Positions 52,135 to 64,000 of a stretch of DNA of 64,000 bases are shown here, piece after piece (the stretch's first letter is position 1; each line of letters opens with the position of its first letter). Where the stretch lies: positions 496,001 through 560,000 of the forward strand of contig LSRY02000036.1 of assembly GCA_001643675.2 (NCBI GenBank), written 5' to 3'. The position numbers and the translations under genes were made by a program. The DNA is from Monocercomonoides exilis PA203. Its lineage: Eukaryota; Protista; Preaxostyla. The notes under the pieces were generated by a model that was not told where the DNA came from, searched no databases, and saw nothing but the letters and a program-made list of their open reading frames with translations.

Positions 52135-52934
52135 TCTTATTCACTTCACAACAATCTTCAAACAGATGAGAAAATAAAAATATAAAAGAATATATTTTTT
52201 CCTTTCATATCATTCACCAAAAATAATTTATATTCGAAAACTAATATTTCAAAAAAGAAAAAGAATTATTCAATATTAAAAAATTATAACTGGCATAATG
52301 AAACTTGAAGGACATCAATGAAACCTAAAAATATTCATTAATATTTATTATTCTGTTCTTTGAGTTTTCAGTTTTATTGACGATAGTTTATATGTCTGAA
52401 ATAAATGGATAAATTGACGATGAACCTTTGAAAAGGTGAAAAAAATTGAAAACGATTGGAGAGCTACAAACACACTCAATTTATTATCCTCAAATTTTGT
52501 CTCTTTTTCTTAATATATGCATTCATTTGTTAGGTGTTTTTGCACTAATACTCTTTTTTTTATTCAGAAAAGTCTTATTTCGAGAGAATTTTTAATTTAA
52601 AAATTTCAGATCAAAGTGATCACTGGATCAATATTTTTTTGTTTTTAAAATTTTCTTACTCAATTAAAAGTTTTTTCGAAAATTTTTCATGCTTTCATAA
52701 CAAAGGGATTATAATTATCTAAAATAACTTCAATTATTTCTTGGAGTGATAAAATTGTGAAAAATTACTGATGTGCTTTTTGTTGCAGTATGCCTTATAA
52801 CTTCCTTTCGAAATAACATTGAAAATCAGTTCTATTGTAATAAGTGATGGATTTCAAATTTTTGGTGATTCCTTTCGTAATTATTCATTTTCCTTCAAAA
52901 TGTTTCAATTAATGAGCAAGCGAAAAAGACAAAA

Positions 52935-53180
52935 TGTGTTGTTCTTTTTTAAAAAGTCGCAAATGAGTCATTTTCATAATAAATGAAAATTTTTATGATT
53001 TGATCAAATACATGTTCACCCCACGAGACTTCTCAAGAATGCATATTTTTGCATTATCAAGTGTTACCTTCCACAAGAAAATTATTTCGTGAGTGTGAAC
53101 AAAATTTTGATCATTTTTTGTGATTTAGATTTTTTTTGTAAAAAAATTGACTTTTATGACTTTTCAAAAAGAGTAACACA
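52935..53180. mobile_element. Foldback MITE (family B), copy 2
   Basis: Termini TGTGTTGTTCTTTTTTAAAAAGTCGCAAA and TTTATGACTTTTCAAAAAGAGTAACACA. Inner pairing TGATCAAA..TGTTCACCCCACGA / TCGTGAGTGTGAACA..TTTGATCA. Size ~250 bp, like copy 1. Confidence 0.65.
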
Positions 53181-53398
53181 TATAGTCAGCAATTTTTGAA
53201 TAGTGGCAATTGTCTCATTTTCTGTGAAAAAATCGTCAAATTTTTTTTTTCAATTTTTTCTGTCCATTAATCAAAAAACACAAATTCAACAATAAAAAAT
53301 CCACGAACATGAAATTGGTGAAATGCATTTCGTAACAGAAAATTCTTGAAATGAGATCAAAAGTATTGTGCTGAAAGTTTGATATTTATTTTATTATA

Positions 53399-54546
53399 TA
53401 GGGTGGTCCTTAATATTTTGCACAAAGAATAAAAAATGGGTAAATAAAAAATGAATTATCAAAAATTTTTTGATATTACAGAGTTTTGCACTCTGATTGG
53501 AATGAATTCCGAAGAAATATATGAAAAACTGCAAATTGCGTATGGTTTAAAACTTCCGGATATTAGAACTATTCGTTCATGGAACATTAGAATTCAAAGG
53601 CGAGAAGAAATTGACAGGAGACATTATAATCGCGGCAGGCAAACTAATGAAGTGTTGATAAAGAGGATACAACAAGCAGTAGAAGACAATCCTCATATTA
53701 GCTCCCGAGCATTGGCAGAACAATTTAGTGTTGCAAAAACAACTGTTTTACGGATTCTTCATGAAAAATTACATCTCCATTCTTACAAAATTAGGTGGGT
53801 GCCGTACTCACTGAATGATGATCAGAAAAAAATCCGCGTTCAAACTGGGTTACAATTACTGGAGAAATTGAGAGATTTACGTAAAAGAAATTTTGAAGGG
53901 CTGATTACAGGTGATGAATCCTTTTTCTACAGAAGGTATAACTTCGAATGCGAATGGAGAAAAGAAAAATCTGAAGTGTCAACTACAGCAAATTACACTT
54001 ATTCTGATAAGAAATTCATGAACACAATTTTCATTTCAGTCCATGGACTGTTTTTTCTTAATATTCTACCAGAAAAAACAAAAATGAACGCAGAATATTT
54101 CGTAAATTCAATATTAAAGCCCATTAGCCAGATTCAAATAGACCTTTCTTCCGTTTCTCCTATGGATTTTTTTATTCATTTCGATAATGCTCGTCCGCAC
54201 ACAGCAGCAATTTCAAAGATCTTTGCGGAGGAGCATCATTAAAATATTCTTCCGCATCCTCCATATTCTCCTGATGTTGCGCCATGCGATTTTTTCCTCT
54301 TCGGCTACATCAAGCAGGCTCTGAAAGGTAAAAAAATTTCCAATTCTGAAGAATTAGAAATAGAAATAAGAAATATTCTTCATTCAATATCTTCAGACAT
54401 GATTATTCGTGCCTTTGAAAGTTGGATTAAGCGATTGGAGTTTATTACAACTCATAACGGTGAATATTTTTATGATTGAATTTTTTTTCACATTAAATTA
54501 TGAAACCATATCAAAATTTTTTAACAAAATATAAAGGACCACCCTA
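53399..54546 (+). mobile_element. mariner (DD34D) DNA transposon with ~24-bp TIRs and TA flanks
   Basis: TIRs TAGGGTGGTCCTTAATATTTTG and CAAAATATAAAGGACCACCCTA (one mismatch), embedded in TATA. Confidence 0.95.
53451..54479 (+). pseudogene. mariner transposase (342 codons) with a single in-frame TAA at 54240-54242
   Basis: HTH region, WVPYSL (WVPHEL motif), ITGDE, HFDNARPH and HPPYSPDVAPCDFFLF, with 34 residues between the 2nd and 3rd Asp. The frame continues past the stop to TGA at 54479. Confidence 0.93.
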
Positions 54547-54976
54547 TATAATGAAACATTTTTCGAAAAAAAATATTTTTTTGACAGGTTTCTTTTCTTA
54601 AGCATTCAGATGAAAGTGAATATTGAATATTTTCATTAAATTTCCATTCCAAACAATAAATTACATCAAGAATGGAAACGTGTGCTTGACTGTGTTATCA
54701 TAAATATTCTTGTGAAGTTTCGTTAGCGGGAACAGAAATATGAAGAAAATATTCAATTTTCGATTTCACCAGAAAAATAAACAAAAGTAACTTTTCAAAT
54801 TAAAATGGACATTTGCTTCCTTTTCAAAAGAATTGCCTATATTTCAGCGGAAACAGCAATCTTATGATTGATTAAAAAACATTCAGAATCACAAAAACGA
54901 TAAATATTTCGATTATGTGTTAATGATTTTTTGTCATGAATAGATATCATCCAACAAATATAAATTGATACACCAT

Positions 54977-55086
54977 TTATTATTCAAATTCGGTAAACTT
55001 ATTATTCGAAATTGGCCAACAAATTATTCAAAATTAATAAACTTATTATTCGAAGTTGTTTAACTGATTATTCAAAATTGTGTTTA
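54977..55086. repeat. Five tandem 22-bp degenerate repeats (core ATTATTC(A/G)AA..T)
   Basis: TTATTATTCAAATTCGGTAAAC / TTATTATTCGAAATTGGCCAAC / AAATTATTCAAAATTAATAAAC / TTATTATTCGAAGTTGTTTAAC / TGATTATTCAAAATTGTGTTTA. Confidence 0.8.
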
Positions 55087-55559
55087 GAAATGAGTCGAAA
55101 ATTTTGGTTTTGCGAGAAAAACAAAGGTTTGTACCAAACATTTTCTGTAATTATATCACGATTAAGTCTTGAATTCTCATGCTAAAAAATACAGAAAAAT
55201 TTTGAAAAATGAGATAAATTTGAATAATTATTGAGTTGAACATAATTCATAAAGCAAAAATTTTCGTCTGAGATTTGATAGTGGACAAATGTGTGATTTT
55301 GATGAACAAAATGGAAAAGCTTTGTTGCATAAAGAAATTTGATTCGTTCACGTTCGAAATTGAAATATTTTTAGTGTTCGTATCAATAACAAAAAAACTC
55401 TTCTCTGTCAATGAAACACTCACACGCAAGATAAATATATCAAAGATTATGAGGTGCATGTTTCAAACAAAAGAAGTGAAGTGTTTTATAAAGAAATTAC
55501 ATTGGAAGTGTAAATAGCACATTAATACTAAATATTGTAAGTGTCTCATTGAAAGCAGA

Positions 55560-57964
55560 TTATTCCCACAGCTTCACATGACCATCCCATCCGCACGTTA
55601 CGACCTGCGATGGCTGAGTCGGATTCCATTTGACTCCGCAGCAGACTGATTCGTGTGCTTTGAATAGGCTTCTGTGAATCTTCGGGCGGTTCCACTCCCA
55701 CAGATGGACTGTGCCATCACTATCTCCACCAATTACATATCTGAAATGAGTATTTGTTTCGAAATTTAGAAAAAAAAAAGAATTAATAAAAAAATGAATT
55801 AGATTACGAAAAGGATGAGAAATATAATCATCATACGATCCATCAGGTGAAAAGTCAACTCCAATTGAAAAGCCTGCAGAGTTGTGTCCTTCAAATGTCT
55901 GATGCTTCACCATTCCAAACCCTTCAACAGCAGAAAATGTGACTATTTTGTTTCCCATGGTCTGAGCGACAAAGAACGTACCTAAATTCGATAAAAGAAG
56001 AAATTTGTATCAAAAATGTTATTTCAAAAATGAATCATTTATTTGTAGTAAAACAGAATTATATAATTAAATTCTTAAAAAAAAAATTATTTTTTTCAAA
56101 AACAATTCCAAATATTCCCTTTCCGCACAACAACAATAAAATTGCATTGCATTCATACCTGAAGGATGAAGAGCAGCATCAGTCACTGCTTTTGTTTGCT
56201 CATCAGCAAATTGCTTGATAGGCACAGGGATGCCATAATCCCAGAACTTAATAGACTTATCATCCGACATCGACGTAAATCTGCTGCCCCCGCGGAGGAA
56301 AGTTACATTTCTCACGTCCTTCAGATGATACTCGTACTTCTGCGTCCTGTGCTTCACCCGCAGATCCCACTGGTCTGTGCACTTTGCTGATGTCCCGCAC
56401 ATCACTACAGTCGGGTGCCTGGCGTGGTGCGCCACGCAGATTGGAGTAGAGCCTGATGAAAATCGTGCCATGCATATACCCGTTTCTGTGTCCCACTGAC
56501 GAAGAAATCCGTCATACCCGACGCAGCACACTTGCGTGCCTCCATTCACAAAGCATGCATCGCGTAATCCTCCACCTGCTTGCTTTATGGATTTCGCTAT
56601 TTGTTTTAAGAAACAATATAAAGACAATAAAATGAGTTACATTTATTTATATTTTTTTACTGTCAACAAATTTTATAGAGTCAACACACCAGCTGCAGAT
56701 GACACCTGCTGAGCAGTTCCTATATCCATCGTCCGAAGACATCCTCTCCTCGGGTCAGCAACGTCCCATATTTTGATGCGCCCGTCAGCCAGCCCAGCAC
56801 TCAGCAGCAGATGAGCCGACTGTGGGAAGAAGTCAATCGCAGACGCTGCGCCGTTGTGTGCCTTCCAGTCTCTGATGCATCGCCTGGGAGCATTGCACTG
56901 CTTCTGTCCAACAGGAATCTCCTTCTTCTTCTTACGGCCTTTGCCTTCCATCCGAGGATCCCGACCCTTTTCTTCTCTGTGCTCACTGTATATAAACTCA
57001 ATCGGCCGTCTGTCAGAAGGAGGAGCCATGTATGTCTTGCCTTGAAAGTCGATTTCTGGAAGCAACGGCTCTTCTGTTCTCTCTGTCCTCTTTTCATGGC
57101 GAGTTTCTCCTTTAATAATTGTAAGTATTGTAGAAGAAATAGGCATGGATGACGGAACCAAAGATACTTCTTCACTTGAATTGTCTGCAGGAGCTGCTAC
57201 GGATGAAGAAGGTTTTTCTTCAGCTTCAACAGTTTCTTTTTCTTCTGTGGTATCTTTCTTCATCTCTTGACTTTCATCTTCTTCATCTGCCTGTTCTTCT
57301 GACTGAGACTCACTTTCAGACTCATCCAACAGAGATGCGGATGTTGTTGGAAGATCCGATGATTTTTCCTTTTTTGTTTCTTTATTTCCCTGCATTTCGA
57401 TCAGTTCTTGCTTTCTTTTCCACCTGTAAGCTTTGTCTGGCTTCATATGAGAAAGCCTATCCTCAAGAACAAGTTGATATGATTCTTTCTATTTTTAATA
57501 AAGAACGGAACAAATGTGAAAAACTTTTGAAATTTAAATCAAACATCAAGTCCTGAAGGTTCAAGATTTTCATCTTCAAAAGGTGTCCAGGGACCCTCAT
57601 ATTCAAGCGGATTTGCAATAGAACTTCCTACGCGGTCCTCTCTCTTTCTTTTTTTCTTTCGTGAGTTTTCTCCAGCTTTTCTTGATACTATAAACAAATC
57701 ATTATCAATAAATCATAATTTAATCAGTTAAATATAAATCAAACAATCACCAGCATTAAAATCTAAATCTGTATATTCAACGTGATGATGAATTCCAGAA
57801 CAAGAGTCAGATTTTACTGGCTCATATGGCAAAAGAGGAGCAACTGCTGGTATCGATGTTTCCTGGATAACAAACAATTGACATATTAAAATAAAACATG
57901 CATTACATACCTGTAAAATAGGCTCAATATTCGGGGCAAAGTCTAAATCATCCAACAAAGACAT
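55560..57964 (-). CDS. CDC40: Pre-mRNA-processing factor 17 (WD40 second-step splicing factor), multi-exon
   Basis: GPWTPF; APRRCIRDWKAHNGAASAIDFFPQSAHLLLSAG..DGRIKIWDV..RRGCLRT; YDGFLRQWDTETG; QKYEYHL; WDYGIPVPIK; GHNSAGFSIGVDFSPDG; C-terminal TCGWDGHVKLWE. Confidence 0.93.
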
Positions 57965-58491
57965 CGCCCAAAACAAGGGTTAAAAGTTATTAAATATATT
58001 GATGTTGGCTTCAACGATCATATCGATAATTGTTCAATATTTCCATTTCATCTTCTAATTTAATTGCAATAAATAAAAGAATACTTTGAACTGAGATTTT
58101 TTTTAATATTAAAGGCAATGTTTAATGTTGAAATCTTCATTTCCAAATGAAAACAAGAAAAACACATTAACAAAACACTTTTTTGGAATTTAAGTTTCAT
58201 TTTTTAATTGCTGAAAAACGTCATTATCTGAAAAAAATAAATTCTTATGTCATCTTATTGACTCAATTTTTCACAGAAAAATTTTATAAATTATAATGAA
58301 ATACATTAGTGTTTAAAAATTTATTTATCATCGATGAAAATCCGATTTTTAAAATAGAAAAAAAGAAAAATCGTCATATATATAAATTAAAACAAAAAAA
58401 TTCAACACTTTCTGATAAAAAAAGTACCATCATAAATATTTTTGAGAAATATTTTGCTTAATATCTTTAGCTTAAAGCAAATTTGAGGAAG

Positions 58492-61400
58492 ATGTATGTA
58501 TTGACTGTTAATGCATTAATGCAACATAAACGTACTTTTTACGTATATTCTATTCTTGTATTTTTGAAAGGTTGGAAGGAGGACCATGTGTGTCATCGAA
58601 TACCTTCTGCTATCTTCATCCTCCAACACCAATTACTTGTCCTATGTGCTGGTCTTCTTTCATAAATAATAATCAAAGCGTTCAATGTAGTAGATGCAAG
58701 AGGAATATTTGTCAACGGTTTGTGATATTTGATATGATGTTATTTGAGCTTATATTTTTTTGTATGAATTGAATTAGATGCGCTGAATGGATGAAAATAA
58801 GTAAAAAGAATGAAGATTATGATTTATGTTTAACCTGTTGGATCAATGTGCAATGTTGTTTGCTGTCGAATACTCATTTGTTTTTATTGAAATTTTTATT
58901 CTTCATCATTTTATCTTTTCAGTTGGAGAACAAACTAATGAAAATTTTAACATAATATTGAAATTGGTGAAATATGGAGAAGAAACAGCATCAGATGAAG
59001 CGTTGATTAACTGCATTCAAGGCTTAAATATAATTGGACAAAGTTCAATTCTTTCCTTATCAACACCTTTTTCTTCTCTAAATGCTATTGGAGAAGATTT
59101 GACATTATTTAAAAGTGTATTTTTCAGGAAAATGAATAATGATTTATTCAGAAATCATGCTGTTGTGTTTGATTTTTTGTCAATATTATTCTGTTTTGAA
59201 GGAAATGGAAAGGAAGGAAGCATTTCTTCACAACAGTTGCAGGACAAAGAAACTTACAACATGCACACATTGCAGCCAATGGTGTCATGGGTGGCTTCAA
59301 CATATCTTGCTCCATTGTTTGGAATAAGTGCTCTGGCATCAAAAGGAAAACAAGAGAGAACAGAGGAAGATTTGGCATCCACAAGAAGAGCGCTTTTGAA
59401 GCTCAAATGGAACTACACCACCTTCTTTGAATCTCTTGTCCAACCGTCGCAGATCCCGTCGTTCTATGCGTCTGACACAGTTCGATTCTTTTCTCAACTG
59501 CGAAGCCAATTCAACCACTCAAATCAACCTTCTTTATCACCAACAAAAACGCCTTCTTTGCCGTTTTCTTCATCTGCGACTTCGACAATTGCAGGTGCCT
59601 CTCCACAAACTTCCCAATCATTTCAATCGCATTCAAAAGCATCATCATCTTCAATTGGCAGATCTTCTTCGTCTTCTTCAGCATCATCAACTGCATCGTC
59701 AAAAGGCACCTCGTCTAATTTGCATCAGTCTCCAGTTGTTCTTCTTTGCCGCATTCTCATTCTCATTTCACGCGGAATTGACAGAGCACTCAACCCTGTC
59801 GTGAAGCCAGTGGAGTCTTCTGATTCTCATTTATCGTCTTTCAAAGCAGCAGACTCAGATAAAATGCCTTCTATTTCGTCTGCTTCTTCTTCTTCTTCGT
59901 CTCATTCTTCTCGTTCTTCTCGTTCTTCTTTGAACTCTTCCTCCTCCTCCTCTTCTTCCTCCTCTTCCTCCTCATTGTCATCGTCATCCTCAAAGCCATC
60001 CAATCCCCGTCCTTCTTTCTCTCTGTTTCCTCGTTCGCGTGCTCAGAACTCGCCTTTCGCTGCTGTCTCTTCATCGACATATTCTGTCCGAAAGAGCAGC
60101 CCTGTGAAGCCGCTCAGTCCATCCAACATGAATTCATCTTCAGCTGAATCGAAATCTCACTCCCCTCTTTCTCATTCCTCATCAAAACAAGAATCTGACA
60201 AAACAGCCAGTTCTTTTTCATCACAGAGCATTTTCAGTCCAATCCACCAGTCTTCTTTGCCTCTTCTCTTTTCTTCTCTCCATCTTCTCTCGCTGGTCAC
60301 GTCGCAGTCTTCTCAGCTTTCTCTTTCTCGTCTCTGCGCTTTTGTGGCAAGCGCAACAAACACATCGCCTTCGACGCCTTCTGCAGCATCACTACAGGAA
60401 TCTCGGCTGTCACATCTTTCTTCTTCTATTTCTTCTTCTTCTTCTCTTTCTTCTCTTTCCTCTTCCTCCTCCTCCTCTTCTTCTTTCGCTTCTACTTCCA
60501 CATCATCTCAATCGCAGCATCAGAACAATCAGCTTCAGGCCCTGTCATTTACTTCATTGAAACACCATCTGAATCTTCTCATTGAAAACTTGCTTCTTCT
60601 TCTGGGTCATGTTCCAACAGCACAGTCAGATGAAAGCGAAGAAGATGAAAATTCAACTCACAAATCATCAAAAGCATCAGATTCTGAAGCACAGCCAGAA
60701 ACAGATCTAAAAATGGTGAAATCTTCTCAGAACAAAACGAGTTCGTCTTCAGACAAGTCGATTCTATCAAAGTATTCTCAAATGCTGCTGACAACATTAT
60801 CATTGCTGGATGATCCAGATGTCGTTCTTGTTGAGCATCCTCATTTAACCAACAAAAATGCAGACGCTTCGCCTTCTCCTTCATCTTCACCATCACCTTC
60901 ACCTTCACCTTCTCCTTCTCCAACATTTATGTCTTCTTCAGACAACCTGCCATGCTATTCAGACCAAGAAGACATTTTAACTCTTCAAATACCTTCAAAA
61001 TATGCATATTTGTATGCTCGCAACAAGACAAGCAAATCTTCACTCATAACTTCTATCAAAGACGCCAAAAATACAAAACATTTTGAGATTTCTCTCTTTT
61101 TCCCTCGCATTTTCAGGCAGTTCATTAAGATACCTTCTTTATCTTCCACATCTTTGTCTTCTTCCTCTTCTTCTTCCTCTTCCTCTTCTTCTTCTTCCTC
61201 TTCCTCTTCTTCTAAATCTTCATCTCATTCTCTTCCTTCCTCTTCCTCTGAAGATGACTCATTTCCTGCTCTTCTGTTTGTCAGTCTTCATTCATCTTTT
61301 GCTCTTTCTCTTCTTCTTCACCCTTCTCTTCCTCTTCTGCCTTCGTTTCTGTCACGCGCCTCGCATCTTTCGCTTGTTCTTGCAGCAAACATCGAAATGA

Positions 61401-64000
61401 TTGCAGAAGAATACAACAAGAGAATGAATATGAAGAAAGAGGGAAGAAGTTCGGAGATAAGGAGAAAGAAGAAAATGAGAAAAGAAGAAGAAGAAGAAGA
61501 AGAAGGAAGAAGAAGAAAAGAAGAAGAAGAAGAAGATTTTGAAACACAAAGAGATGATTTGGATAAAAAAAGAAAAGAGAAAGAGAAAAATGAAGAAGAG
61601 ATTGAAAGAAGTGAAAAGTACAATGAAATCAAAAAAACAAAAGAAGATGAAAAATTGTCAACAAAATTGCAAAAGAAAGGCTCAAAAGAATTGCCAAAGA
61701 CACAAATGAATTTGAACTTAATGAAATTTCCATTAGAATCCGTCGATTTGTTTGCCCATGCTCCGCCTGCTTATCACATTGTATACCCGAATACACTCTC
61801 TAAAGTTACCAACAGGCGAAATGCTTCACGATCAATTGAAAGCTCTTCATCTCTTTCTCCTTCTCCTTCTTTTTCTCCTCCTCAACATTCTTCCTCTTCC
61901 TCTTCTTCATTTTCTTCTTCTTCTTCTTCTTCTTCTTCTTCTTCTCAAACATCCTATTCTAATAAACATTCATCTCTTTCTCATCAACACATTCTGATGG
62001 GTCAACGAGAAACAACAGAATTTTATCGCTCCTCTTTGCTTTTTGACTTTCTTCTTCCTCTTTTCTTAGACAGATACACTGAAGCCTGCTCAACCTCCCT
62101 TCCTTCTCAGCAAATGTCTTCTTCATCATCTTCATCTTCTTCATCATCTTCATTGCCTTCTTCACCTTCTTCTTCTTCTTCTCTAACATCTTCTTCTTCT
62201 TTGTCTTTATCTTTATCTTCATCATCTTCCATTCCTAATCGCCCACCTTCTCCTTCTTCATCAGGCTCTTCTGATTCTTCGATGCCCTCTCGCCTGTTTC
62301 TGCTGATGATGCAGCCGATGTACTTCTTCTTCAGCTCTGTTCTGCCTTTCTTCACAAATGAGAAGGAAGACAAATGGAAAGAAGAGAAAGAAGAAGAAGA
62401 AGAAGAAGAGAAAGAAGAGAAAGAGAAGAAGGAAGCAGATGAGATTGGCAATTCAATGAAGAAGAATATCAAGAAAGAGAAAGACACTGATGATTCCGGT
62501 TGTATTGATATTTCTTCTTCTTCTTCTTCTTCTTCTTCGCTTCCCAATGGCATTTTGCCTTCTGCTTGTCACATTCCATCTGATCCATCTTCTTTGCCTT
62601 TGTCTGAAACACCCAAAAAACACTCAACAATTTCAAAGAAACACCTTTCTTCTCATTCGTCTTTGGAAATGAACACATCAGCACAAGTTCCTCTTCCTTC
62701 TTCTTCTTCTTCTTCTTCTTCTTCTTCTTCTTCTTCTTCTCCTGTTTATCCAGAAGCAGCAAAGAATGAAGAACAAATCTTGCATCATCATCATCATCAT
62801 CATCATCATCATTCGCAGCATTCGTATCAGACAAATGCTGGTGATGCTCAAGACATTTCATCAGATTTTACACAGGCGCTTCTCATAAACAACAACAAGG
62901 CATTTCCATTTACTCCTTTTTCTCTCAAAGACTTCACTTTCTCCAATCAAAACTCATCATCATCATCATCTTCCTCTTCCTCCTCCTCTTCTTCCTCTTC
63001 CTCTTCCTCATCCTTTTCTTCCTCGTCCTCTTCTCAAATCACTCGTTTTGATCTGAATACACTTCATCCATCGCTTCTCACTCATTTCGTGCTGACTTCT
63101 TTCTCCCTCTCCTGCTTCACATTCGCCTTCTGCTCAAATCTTCCTCAAAATCACTTTGCTTCCACGTTGTTTTCATCTCAGTACAGACACAGCTACACAC
63201 TTCAATCAAAACACACTTCATCTTCTTCTCTTTCTTCTTCTTCTTCTTCTCTTTCTTCTTCTGCATCTTCTTCATCTTCTTCCTCATTCACAAACAATAA
63301 CCAGAAATATGTCCCATTCGAATCACAATCACCTCATTCACCAGACATTTCACAGTTCAGCCCTTTCTTTCACAGCACATCCTCAAACACACCAGACATT
63401 CACAGCACATCACACAACGCCTCACCTCTTTCTCATTCTCTTTCTCTTTCTCATTCTCTTTCTCTTTCTCATTCTCATTCTCTTTCTCATCCACATTTCA
63501 TTCCATCTGACCTCCCTTCACATCTCTTTGCCTCGCTCTGCTCTTCCCTCTCCTCTTCCTTCCACAACATGCTCACACACAGAATCGACGTCTTTTCTGT
63601 TCCCGATCTTCCTCTCTGGATTTCGCATCTTGTTCATCCGTTCAGCATTTACCTGCTTTTCCCCACGGCTGAAGCAGGCGAAGGAGATGACGACGATGAT
63701 GTAACCTCTCCCACTTTCTGCTTGAATGCTCCTGCTCTTCGTTCACTCACTTCTCCAATGAATGGCAATCAATGTGCTTTATCCACATCATCTGAGAATG
63801 TTTCTTCATCATCATCAGCTTCTTCTTCTTTTTCCTCTTACTCTTCTTCCTCTTCTTCTTCTTCATCAGCCAATCTTCCACTCCTCTTGTCTCTTCGCAT
63901 GCAGCTCTCCCAATCTGCCCAGCGCTTGCTCTTTTCCTGGCTTTCTGTTGAGTCGTTCGCAAAACTGAGCAAAAAGCACATGGCATCGCTGAATGAAATA
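58492..64000 (+). CDS. Large protein with an N-terminal FYVE-like 8-Cys zinc finger followed by Ser-rich and Glu/Lys-rich low-complexity regions; 3'-truncated by the window
   Basis: Spliced CPMC-x12-CSRC-x4-CQR|C-x15-CLTC. Introns at 58494-58570, 58718-58777, ~58855-58922 and ~59115-59201. The long frame from ~59202 reads open at both ends and has no stop-terminated ORF in the track, consistent with running to 64000. Confidence 0.7.

Noticed and set aside
54977-55086. CRISPR-like array
   Set aside because: Eukaryotic context, period only 22 bp, no unique 30-40 nt spacers, no cas genes
59427-63986. Short Leu/His- or Lys/Met-rich ORFs in the track
   Set aside because: Off-frame readings of TCT/TCA/GAA repeats within one long reading frame that runs off the window
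1-64000. tRNA, rRNA or snRNA genes
   Set aside because: None recognised by eye; tRNAscan-SE and Infernal would be needed to exclude them

Overview
AT-rich eukaryotic genomic DNA with short GT-AG introns and the standard genetic code. Gene style and gene families suggest an anaerobic metamonad protist, most likely an oxymonad such as Monocercomonoides (inference, not verified). The left half (1-34 kb) is accessory. Two giant convergent genes encode beta-helix ectodomain + transmembrane + pseudokinase receptors. They share a near-identical 2.25-kb 3' module (tail plus 3' flank) that forms a long inverted repeat around a 14.8-kb spacer. The spacer holds a membrane-anchored tandem S41/CPAF-like protease, a pogo-type DDE transposase relic, foldback MITEs and a kelch membrane-protein pseudogene. 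The right half (34-64 kb) is mostly housekeeping: eIF5B, a ~3,270-aa karyopherin-beta-like protein, a divergent CDC48/AFG2-type AAA ATPase head-to-head with bystin, and PRP17/CDC40. It also holds a nearly intact DD34D mariner and a FYVE-like zinc-finger, Ser-rich gene that runs off the window end. The best candidate for an undescribed system is the variable-ectodomain / conserved-pseudokinase receptor family, which shows signs of recombinational tail exchange.
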